64,000 bases of DNA from Epiperipatus broadwayi (taxonomy: Eukaryota; Animalia; Onychophora), in the NCBI GenBank assembly GCA_028023455.1, contig JAQFVV010000007.1:1426001-1490000 (forward strand), given 5' to 3'. How positions within the stretch are numbered: position 1 is the stretch's first letter; each line of letters opens with the position of its first letter. The notes below the pieces were generated by a model. It was not told where the DNA came from and did no database searches. It worked only from the letters and a program-made list of their open reading frames with translations. A program made the position numbers and the translations under genes. Positions 1-10,870 of this stretch are shown one piece after another.

Positions 1-1925
1 GAATATAATATTCCATTACATTATTTTAAAATGAAAATAAAAAGATCGTAAATAAAAATTGATTTATTAAAAAGAAAAAACTTAAAAACTAAAAATTAAA
101 AGTTGTTTAATATATATATTGTCACGCAGATGGAAAACTTAAACTATTTTAAGAAAAAGTATTTGAAAGTATTTTTTTTGTAAAAAAGTAAAAATATAAA
201 GATTGATATTTTAAAAATAGAAATAATGTTGATTTCTATAATCTTAGAAAATGGAAATGATTGTTTTATTAATTAGATGATTGTTCGAAAGCAAGATGGC
301 CATTAAGGCATTTAAAATAAATTAAACGGTCAGATAAGAAAATACAAAGAAATCAAATGACCAATGCAAGCACGAAAATGACAGCACGGACCATAACTGA
401 AACACGAGAGGATTAGTGATGTTTGGCTCGTTGAATCCCAACATCTAATGATAAGAGACTAATAAAAATATAAAAGCCAAAGGATTATTATAATTGGGAT
501 CGGAGAGCTGACTATGAATATATCGTTATAACTAGCTATATTGCAGATTTTTACGATGTGGAAGTCTGCAATAAATTTAATTTTCCGGACAACCAGCTGA
601 GGCCTCTGGATGACAGTTCCTGACCAAATGAATGGCAAGTAGTGGTTTCGTTTCAAAGAAGGACAAAATCTATGAAAGTGATCACGAAGATGGACTTCTA
701 AATCTACTCAATCCGTAAAGTATGAACTCTTGTGTCTATCTAATAAGAACTTTTCTAAAATTGCAATGAATTAATAGCTGAAAATAAGAACTCTTTTCTG
801 AATTAAAGAATGCAAATTCAATTATTAATATTTTTTTTATGCAGATGTTTAAGCAATCATTTCCATTTCATTTTTTTTTGTGTGTGTTATGTTTTAACTA
901 AAATGTACTAAATTTAAAGTTGGGTGTAGATAGTTGCATGGATAAAGATTAATAACTATGTTTAAATTTGTTTATGTTTAGTTTAAGGGATTCTAATTTC
1001 AGGCTATTTGTTTCGTAGTTAGGACAATGCTTGTGGAAGGATATATGGGTGTTTATATTAATGTAATGTGAAGCGTGTTTAGCATACAGGGCAACGTGCC
1101 CAACTGAATGCATGACCCCAAAGAGGCAGTCATATCGTTGAAATAGTCGCAGATGTATTTGCTGCGCCATTGACCCCTTCTAGCTCTATGGACAGGGATT
1201 TATAAGACGGCAGAAAGACCACTCTCCCCCATACGTAGCACTCTTAAAAAAAAATTATATACATGATTCCTTAGTCAGGCAGATGCACTTTTCCTGTCCT
1301 GGACACGGATCATTTCCCTTAAATTATCACGCTGTCAGATGCACATTCCTGTCAGCATAGTTTTATGCTAGCATTTTCATATTGCATTGGTTGCAAATAT
1401 ATATCTGGAAGCTGACATTGGATTGGCTGCGAACTTTTAGTCTGAGATTGAATGAATGTTTTGATAAGTTTTTAAGTGGAAAAAATCTAGGTAGACTATC
1501 TATGCTCGACATGCTAAAGTAAAACATAATTTAAATATTCATCTGTGCGGTCTATTTAAAATAGTAATTTAAACTTTAAAAAAAATTAATGTTAAAATCT
1601 AAAAATAAATTTATTCCTCAAATTTTAAATGTGCGTTAATAAAATCTATTTGTGTGTTAATTACTGGCAGTGGCTTCTTTTATTTTATTGTTTTAAATAT
1701 TAATATATTGAGAATCTAAATCTATTAAAAGTTATAAAAATGTTTAAATCTCTGCTACTCTATGAGCTAGTGACATTGGGCAAACTGTCAGAATAATATA
1801 TATAAAATTTTTTTTTGAATCTTAACTTACGTATCTGCCTACTATATAAATTTTTCTAGGTTCAAATGCCTAGATGGCGCCCTCGTACGGCAGATACGTT
1901 GAAGGCTCTTTCAGTGACCGTTAAA
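1..1925 (+). mobile_element. Probable 3' part of a large LTR from a related but distinct Gypsy family
   Basis: Ends TGACCGTTAAA (compare LTR ends TGACTGTTACA at 30516 and TTTTGTTACA at 10107). Carries CTAGG..AAATGC..TGGCGCCCTCGNACGGC, shared with the 1.6-kb LTR, and abuts Gypsy integrase sequence. No second copy in the window. Confidence 0.4.
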
Positions 1926-1926
1926 A

Positions 1927-3039
1927 TATCGGTATAAAATAATAAATGGGTTGTTGATGTTTCAGGTTAGAAAGGGAGTAGATTGTTGGAGAGTATTTAT
2001 ACCGCAAAATCTAAGGGAAAGACTAATAAAGTATGTGCTTGGTATATATGGGCATTATGGGTCTCTTAAAACTAGTAAACTATTGGCCAAGGTCAGTGGT
2101 TACTATGTAACAGGGGTGCCATGAGTGTCAGCAAAAGAAACCAGCTAATAAAAATTACACTGGGACACCGGCACCAATAATAGCTAAGAACCCGAACAAG
2201 CTTCTAGCCATAGATTTTTACGGCCCGTTACTGACATTTCGTAGATATAAATATATATTGGTGGCCTTTGATGTTTTCTCAAAATTAGAACAGGCCTACC
2301 ACTGTGCTAAAAGAAAAACAATTTGTTCAAGTTGGCAAACCTCAGACGATTTTGAGTGATCACAGAACTCCTTTTATATCGAGAGAATGGAAGAATTGGC
2401 TCCAGCAAGAACAGATACATCATGTTCTCACCTCTATCCATAACCCTCAATCTAACCCTTGCAAATGGGTTATGAAAGAATTGGGGAACTTATTTCGTGT
2501 ACATTTGAAAGGTAACCATCAACAGTGGTTTAAAGTATTGCCACAAATGGTTAAAATAATTAATTATACATACCATGAACCTACAGGGTTAACTCCAGAA
2601 CGCTTGCATTACGGTCGAGTTGAGCCTTCTCTCCTCAAATGTCCCGTTCCTACTGTTACTGAAATGATAAATGTAGTGGAGGATCAAAGCTTGGCTAGAG
2701 ACAGATTAAAGAAGAAAGCTGAACAGAGATCAAAGAAGGGGAATGCTTGCCCAATACAATTTACGGTAGGAGACTGGGTTTATGTTAAAACTCAGCCAGT
2801 TAGCAAATTAAGTGATAAACAATATAAAATGTTTTTCCCCCTATTCGAAGGCCCATACAGGATCATCCAAAAATGCGGACCTAATGCATTTATAATACAA
2901 GGTAAAAGAAATAAAAAGTGCACTTATAATGCATGAATCCTAAAACCTTGTAAAGAAAAGAAAACAAATTAAGATCTCACGGCGTGATTAAAAGTTTTTT
3001 TCTTTATTTTTTTTTTTCTATTTTTGGAAAAGGGTGCAA
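1927..3039 (+). pseudogene. Gypsy integrase 3' fragment plus PPT (second copy of ~7398-8523)
   Basis: Near-identical to 7398-8523. ORF 2304-2936 has SDHRTPF and the GPY/F motif FEGPYRI; PPT GGAAAAGGGTGCAA precedes the LTR. Confidence 0.9.
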
Positions 3040-4634
3040 TGAGCTGGTATTTTTATGTCAGCTCATACTCACATATATATATACTCACACATATGCTTTG
3101 TTAAAATAGAAATATCGTTTTATAATACATAATTTTAAAAAAGAAATAAATTAACACTTAATTTTAAAATGGAGTTTTTGAGAAGTTAAAATAAATTAGA
3201 TCAAGATCTTGCATGTTTTTGATAAAAGTTTGTCTTTTGTTTAGTCTAAAAAAAATAATTCTTAAAGATAGAAGGGAAAAGAAAGCAATTAGTTCTATTG
3301 TTGGGGCTTTGATAGTGAAGGTATTTTATGCTATCTATTACGCTGATCAATTGAAATGTTTCTTTGGGATTTTAAAATAAAATATGAAATATAAGAAGAC
3401 AACATTAAAGGTGTGAACTGAGGCTTTTAAAAAAAAAACTATAAATTACGGACTTTCCTTTTGTTTAAATTAATTGAATTTCTGCCGAGGTCAATACCTA
3501 ATCTATAAGTTTAAAATTCGGCTCGGACTCGTCAATAGAAAAAATCGAAAGTTACATTAAAAAAAAAATAAGAAGAAAGCACAAGGAGAAAATGTTGAGC
3601 GGCTAGATCTAACAGAACTTTCCCTTCTGGGAACCTCTTCCTATTACCACCTGGAACTGCCTTGTAAATGCTGTACATAGAGAGCTGGTCGAGGAGAACG
3701 GACTGCAAGACCATGGACAAACCACGATGAATATAAAGTGAAATATTCCACCCATACCGGATCTACACTGATCGATCAGGGTAAATAGACTTTTTTTTTT
3801 TTATTATAATTTCAAGAGACATTTGCGTAATAGAATTTAAAAAATGAAAGAAAAGCCTTCACTTCAAAAATCTCAAAGTTTCAGCAATAGAAAGGGAGGG
3901 ATATGTAGTCTTTAAGTAGATGTATTTACTAATTCAAATTAATCCACATTATATTGTTTTTTTTTATTATTATTTATTGTTTTTTTGGGTTACATTCTAT
4001 TAATTAAACTTACCTTTAATTTCTATTATTGTTGTTCTTATAATGTATAGATCTAAATAAGAAAAACTGTATACTCGATCCAAGGACAAGTAAAAATTTA
4101 AGATGAAAAGATTTAACATTAGAAAGAGGAGGTTTGAATGTGTTTGTTTTTAACAAACACACTCTTATAGTAAGTCGCCCTTGAGTTCACTCATAGTTAT
4201 ATACCATGATGTTTGATGAAAATATTGTATAATTGGTAAAGTGATGGCGCATGTTCCTTAGAGAATGATGTATGTTAATTCTTGATTAGAAATAAAAAGG
4301 ATCGGGAGGGTTTGATTCGACAAGTACGAGGGAAGGGAATAACAAACAAATAGAATAAAGGTATAATAAATATTTCAACTATAGTGAAGTGTCGATTTGT
4401 TTTTGTTTTTTTTGTTTATTATAATTAATTCTTATAATTCATTTATCATCTTTTGGTCCATTAAAAAAAAATTGTTTTAAGATTTGCATTTGGTGATTGC
4501 CGTTCGTAAATAAATTAACCGTTATAGAAATTTTATAATACGGTCTAGGCAGAAATGCTTGGTGGCACCCTCGAATGGCCACCGTATGTTGCAATCTCGT
4601 GAAATTTAAGAGTGTAACAAAATGTTTTGTTATA
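3040..4634 (+). repeat. LTR (~1.6 kb) of the Ty3/Gypsy element, shared by the two tandem units
   Basis: Direct repeat of 8524-10107. Starts TGAGCTGG after the PPT and ends GTTATA (GTTACA in the other copy). Confidence 0.92.
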
Positions 4635-4639
4635 GAGGG

Positions 4640-4651
4640 TGGCGGCGGGTG
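4640..4651 (+). promoter_or_regulatory. Putative primer binding site (tRNA-Leu AAG/UAG-like)
   Basis: TGGCGGCGGGTG lies 5 nt after the LTR and resembles TGGCAGCGGTGG, the complement of the tRNA-Leu 3' end; imperfect match. Confidence 0.45.
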
Positions 4652-4821
4652 AAATATAAGAAAATGGCGTCTCAACCTGTAGGGCTCAGTAATTAAATAA
4701 ACGGCTTGAGATTAGGGTAAAAGTGGGGTAAGGCAGGTTTGGGTGGTTAGAGCGAGAAGTTAGTGTCCCAGTAGGGGAGGGTTTTGAATGTCAGAAGTAA
4801 ATTTAAAATATTGTAGATAAA

Positions 4822-7800
4822 ATGCAGGATAAAATTAAGATAAAAATGTTCGAAGGAGACAAAGAGGAGACACTATTCGGACACTTAGAAAGTTTAGAAG
4901 AGTGTTTTTGTATGTACGAGACAAGGGAAGAAGAAAAAAAACATATAGCAAGTAATTATTTGGCAGGCACGGCAAGAGATTGGTGGAGAACGATACAGAA
5001 AAGACCGGATGATTTCAAACAGTACAAAAATAAATTAATACATACGTTTTGGAACGTAAAGAGACAAGAAAAGTTACGAAGAGTGGTCGAATTAGAAAGG
5101 TATAAAAAAGAAGAAGGGATAGGATATAGACAGTTTTTTTTAAAGCAAATGGTAAAATTGAGAAGGGTGATACAATATCCTATTGCTGAACGGCAAATTA
5201 TAAGTATTATAAAAAAAAACTTACTGCAAAATATACGAGAGATTAGCTGTCTGTAGGTGCGAAGGTGTGGAAGACATATTGGAAGTTCTTAGAGAAGAAG
5301 AAAATGTACAGGAAGAAGAGAAACAAGAACAACTCCCTAAGCTGTTAAATGTAGTAATTGAGGAAGAAGAGAAAATACAAATGATGGCAGAACAAACTTG
5401 CCCAGTGATAACGATAAAAATACAGGGAATAGAGATACAGGCCCTACTAGACACGGGAAGCCAAGTCTCGATAATCTCAAATAAAATATTAGATCGAATC
5501 AGAGATCAGAAGAGGGAAATACAGTTGCTACCATTAAGAAAATCTGAAATAACTATGGCTAATGGCAAAAGTGTTAAGTTAGATCCTATACAAATATACG
5601 GGGAAGTACAAGTGGGAAGAAAAAAAATACAGCATACATTATTATCAATGTCAGGTTTGGTAGGTCTTATATTGGGGTCGGATTTTATGCACTGAACCGG
5701 GACGAAAATTAATTATAGCGAAAAGAATATAATGATAGGAAACGAAAGGATGCCATTTAGTGGATATAACAGATAGAGTGATAACAGGGTAGCTTACATG
5801 GTAACTAATGACATATACCAAGAAATAGAATGTAAAATAACTGAATTAGGTAGTAATAATAGGGGCTGGAAAAGTCAGCTTAAAGAGGCACTTTTGAAAA
5901 ATGAACAAGTATTCGCCATTAAACCCGGAATTATAAAGGGATATGTTCATCGGATAAAGGTGAAAGAAGAAACTCATTTTCAGGGTAGGTCGTACCCAGT
6001 TCCTGTCAAATATACAGAGGAAGTTGATAAACAAATACAACAAATGGAACAATGGGGTATTATAAAAATACAACAGTCACAGTATATAAACCCTTTAGTA
6101 ATTGCAAAAAAGGACGGCTCTATGAGAGTATGCTTAGATGCTCGGCAGTTAAATACTATTACTATACCGGATCGGGATGTGCCGCCTCGAATTACAGATT
6201 TGCTGTTGGAACTTAAAGAAAAAAAAATTTTTTCGTCATTCGATTTGACATCAAGTTACTGGCAGATGGCGCTCCACACTGAGGTTCAAAAATACACGGC
6301 ATTCCATTATGAAGGCTTTACATACGTGTTTCAATGAGTTCCGTTTGGACTAATTAACAGTAGGTCGGGGCTATTACGATGTTTAGACCAGGTACTTTCT
6401 CCGAGGGTAAAAGAATTTATACTCTATTATATGGACGATGTCGTGATTGCATCACGATCTCCTCAGGAACATTTAGAAAATTTAGTTGTGTTCCTCCGTG
6501 AGTGTCACGAAAAGAACATTACAATAAATCTGAAGAAAAGTAATATATTTCAGGAAGAAATTATATTTCTCGGTCATCTCATATGTGCTAAAGGGGTGAG
6601 GCCCCATCCTGACAAGATAGAAGCGATCGTTAAATTCCCTCAACCAAAAAATAGAAAACAGATTAGATCGTTCCTTGGTATATGCAATTTCTATCAAAGG
6701 TTCTACAAAGATTTTTCTACAGATACGGAAGCACTTGTGCATTTACTGAGAAAAGAAAGCAAGTGGGAATGGACAGAAAAACAAGAGCAAGCATTTAAAC
6801 AGATACATAAAAAAATTTTGACAAACCGTTTAGGTTACAAACTGATAGTAGTAGTGTAGGATTGGGAGCGGTACTGTTTCAAGAGAATGAAGAGAAGATA
6901 CCTCAGGTTTTGTATTTTTTAAGTAGGATATTAAATCCAGCGGAAAGAAATTATACCACTATGGAAAGGGAGGCATTGGAAATTGTTTGGGCATTAAATT
7001 AACTTAAACATTTGCTTTTAGGTCTGAGGTTATTATTATCACCGATCATAAAAGCTTAGAGTTTATAAATAGGTGTTACTTAACTAATGATAGACTTGTA
7101 AAATGGGCATTATACTTACAGAAGTTTAATTACAGGGTAATTCATTGCTCCGGGAAAGAAAATATAGTACCGGATATATTAAGCAGAAATCCGCTTATGG
7201 ATCACAGTCAAAATTTAACACTGAAGGAAGCACGATTAATATCTCTTAAAGAAGATCCTGCGGTATCGATAGAGAAAGATTTGAAAAGACTCTATTTTTT
7301 TCAAAACTCAGACACTACGAGCTGGAAGCTGATACAAGGCTGTAAAGAAGCAAATGTCAGACAACAAAAAAATTGCACGCAAAAAAAAAAACAAATTATA
7401 TCGGTATAAAATAATAAATGGGTTGTTGATGTTTCAGGTTAGAAAGGGAGTAGATTATTGGAGAGTATTTATACCGCAAAATCTAAGGGAAAGACTAATA
7501 AAGTATGTGCATGGTATATATGGGCATTATGGGTCTCTTAAAATTAATAAACTAATACAGATGGTATTATTGACCAAGTTTGTATAGGTCAGTGGTTACT
7601 ACATTACACGGGTGCCATGAGTGTTGGCAAAGTAAACCAGCTAATAAAAATTACGCTGGGACACCGGTGCCAATAATAGCTAAAAACCCGAACGAGCTTC
7701 TAGCCATAGATTTTTACGGCCCGCTACCATCATTTCATAGATATAAATATATATTGGTGGCCTTTGACGTTTTCTCAAAATTAGTACAGGCCTACCTTCT

Positions 7801-8455
7801 ACGAAAGGCTGACGCCAGGTCTTCCATAACTGTGCTAAAAGAAAAACAATTTGTTCAAGTTGGCAAACCTCGGACGATTTTGAGTGATCATGGAACTCCT
7901 TTTATATCGAGAGAATGGAAGAATTGGCTCCAGCAAGAACAGATACATCATGTTCTCACCTCAATATAACACTTGCGAATGGGTTATGAAAGAATTGGGG
8001 AACTTATTTCGCGTACATTTGAAAGGTAACCATCAACAGTGGTTTAAAGTATTGCCACAAAGGGTTAAAATAATTAGTTATAACTACCACAAATCTACAG
8101 GGTTAACTCCAGAATGCTTGCATTACAGTCGAGTTGAGCCTTCTCTCCTCAAATGTCCCGTTCCCACTGTTACTGAAATGATAAATGTAGTGGAGGATCA
8201 AAGCTTGGCTAGAGACAGATTAAAGAAGAAAGCTGAACAGAGAATAAAGAAGGGGAATGCTTGCCCAAGACAATTTACGGTAGGAGACTGGGTTAATTAA
8301 GTGATAAACAATATAAAAAGTTTTCCCCCTATTCGAAGGCCCATACAGGATCATCCAAAAATGCGGACCTAATGCATTTATAATACAAGGTAAAAGAAAT
8401 AAAAAGTGCACTTATAATGCACGAAGCCTAAAACCTTGTAAAGAAAAGAAAACAA
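4822..8455 (+). pseudogene. Degenerate Ty3/Gypsy gag-pol (gag, protease, RT, RNase H, integrase)
   Basis: Motifs in PR-RT-RH-IN order: LLDTGSQVS (PR), RVCLDARQLN and YMDD (RT), RNase H region ~6840-7190, HHCC finger, AIDFYGPLP and SDHGTPF (IN). Broken by several stops and frameshifts. Confidence 0.95.
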
Positions 8456-8523
8456 ATTAAGATCTCACGGCATGATTAAAAGTTTTTTTAAGTTTTTTTT
8501 TTTATTTTTGGAAAAGGGTGCAA

Positions 8524-10107
8524 TGAGCTGGTATTTTTATGTCAGCTCATACTCACGTATATATACACACACATATGTTTTGTTAAAATAAAAATATCGT
8601 TTTATAATACATAATTTTAAAAAAAGAAATAAATTAACACTTAATTTTAAAATGGAGTTTTTGAGAAGTTAAAATAAATTAGATCAAGATCTTGCATGTT
8701 TTTGATAAAAGTTTGTCTTTTGTTTAGTCTAAAAAAAAAAATTCTTAAAGATAGAAGGGAAAAGAAAGCAATTAGTTCTATTGTTGGGGCTTTGATAATG
8801 AAGGTATTTTATGCTATCTATTATGCTGATCAATTGGAATGTTTCTTTGGGATTTTAAAATAAAATATGAAATGAAAGAAGAGAACATTAAAGGTGTGAA
8901 CTGAGGTTTTTAAAAAAAAACTATAAATTACGGACTTTCCTTTTGTTTAAATTAATTGAATTTCTGCCGAGGTCATTACCTAATCTATAAGTTTAAAATT
9001 CGGCTCAGACTTGTTAATAGTAAAAATCGAAAGTTACATTAAAAAAAAAATAAGAAAAAGCGCAAGGAGAAAATGTTGAGCGGCTAGATCTAACAGAACT
9101 TTCCCTTCTGGGAACCTCTTCCTATTACCACCTGGAACTGCCTTGTAAATGCCGTACATAGAGAGCTAGCCGAGGAGAATGGACTGGAAGAAGACCACGG
9201 ACAAACCATGATAATATAAAGTGAAATATTCCACCCATACCGGATCTACACTGATCGATCAGGGTAAATAGACTTTTTTTTTTTTTTTTATAATTTCAAG
9301 AGACATTTGCGTAACAGAATTTAAAAAATGAAAGAAAAGCCTTCACTTCAAAAATCTCAAAGTTTCAGCAATAGAAAGGGAGGGATATGTAGTCTTTAAG
9401 TAGATGTATTTACTAATTCAAATTAATCCACATTATATTGTTGTTGTTTTTTTTGTTAGGGTTACGTTCTATTAATTAAACTTACCTTTAATTTCTATTA
9501 TTGTTGTTCTTATAATGTATAGATCTAAATAAGAAAAATTGTATACTCGATCCAAGGACAAATAAAAATTTAAGATGAAAAGATTTAACATTAGAAAGAG
9601 GAGGTTTGAATGCGTTTGTTTTTAACAAACACACTCTTATAGTAAGTCGCCCTTGAGTTCACTCATAGTTATATACCATGATATTTGAAGAAAATATTGT
9701 ATAATTGGTAAAGTGATGGCGCATGTTCCTTCAAGAATAATATATGTTAATTCTTGATTAGAAAGAAAAAGGATCGGGAGGGTTTGATTCGACAAGTACG
9801 AGGGAAGGGAATAACCAACAAATAGAATAAAGGTATAATAAATATTTCAACAATAGTGAAGTGTCGATTTGTTTTTTTTTTTGTTTATTATAATTAATTC
9901 TTATAATTCATTTTATAATCTTTTGGTCCATTAAAAGAAAATTATTTTAAGATTTGCATTTGGTGATTGCCGTTCGTAAATAAATTAACCGTTATTATAG
10001 AAATTTTATAATACGGTCTAGGCAGAAATGCTTGGTGGCGCCCTCGAACGGCCACCGTATGTTGCAATCTCGTGAAATTTAAGAGCGTAACAAAATGTTT
10101 TGTTACA
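8524..10107 (+). repeat. 3' LTR of the Ty3/Gypsy element
   Basis: TG...GTTACA, preceded by the PPT GGAAAAGGGTGCAA; highly similar to 3040-4634. Confidence 0.92.
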
Positions 10108-10205
10108 GCGTTATAAATAGAAACGGTATTATATGCAGTTTATATATATATATAAGATGTATGATAATAAAGAAAATGCAATTTAGTATTTTAAAATTCT
10201 AAATT

Positions 10206-10870
10206 TGCCCGCTGTGTAATAAAAATGAAGAGACAATGAGCCATATCCTAGATCAATGTGAAATATGGAATAATCTTCGTTTTTGTGCCCTTAAAAGATT
10301 CAGGGAAGCCGACATTACAGGTACAAATATCGCAAAGGCGGTAAAGAGTGGCCTTTATGGTAAAATTAGACTGGCCACCTTTGTAAATTTTGCTATATGG
10401 ATAGTGAGAAATAAGAGAGTCTTTGACAATGGATTGAATAATAATCCACAAGAGCTTTTTCTCAAGTTATTTGGTGAGGCCAAAGAATACGACTGGAAAG
10501 TATGCCAGCACTGGTTAGGCAGTCAGACATGGGACCAACTGGAGATCTGAAGATCAAAACACTTAGGTACTTATAGTACTGTCATGGCAAAATTAAAAAA
10601 CTGGACATAATGACTCCTATGCAGAGTCTAAAAGTTGTCGCATTAATATAATCCAGCCCTTTCCATTTAATTGTTATTTATTGTTAAAACTCTGAATTTG
10701 GTGGTCAACAAATTGACCCAAATAATTCCTAAGTAGCTTATATTTATGTAATTTTTTTTTATTTTTTACCATTAGTTTTCTTATTTATTGTTTTTATTGT
10801 AGAGCCACTGTACATTGTAAGCATGTAACCTATAATAAAAAGAGGTTAAATGATATCCATATGTATCTTC
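10206..10870 (+). mobile_element. 3' end of an L1/Tx1-like non-LTR retrotransposon (zf-RVT CCHC domain and 3' UTR)
   Basis: In-frame CPLCNKNEETMSHILDQC followed by FAIWIVRNKRVF, typical of the L1/Tx1 ORF2 C-terminus; AATAAA near 10860-10885. Confidence 0.7.

Noticed and set aside
5221-6742. Antisense ORFs over Gypsy, LINE and Merlin coding regions (e.g. 5221-5454, 5846-6073, 6482-6742, 31752-32006, 52015-52257)
   Set aside because: Shadow frames opposite real TE coding sequence, with biased composition and no independent evidence.
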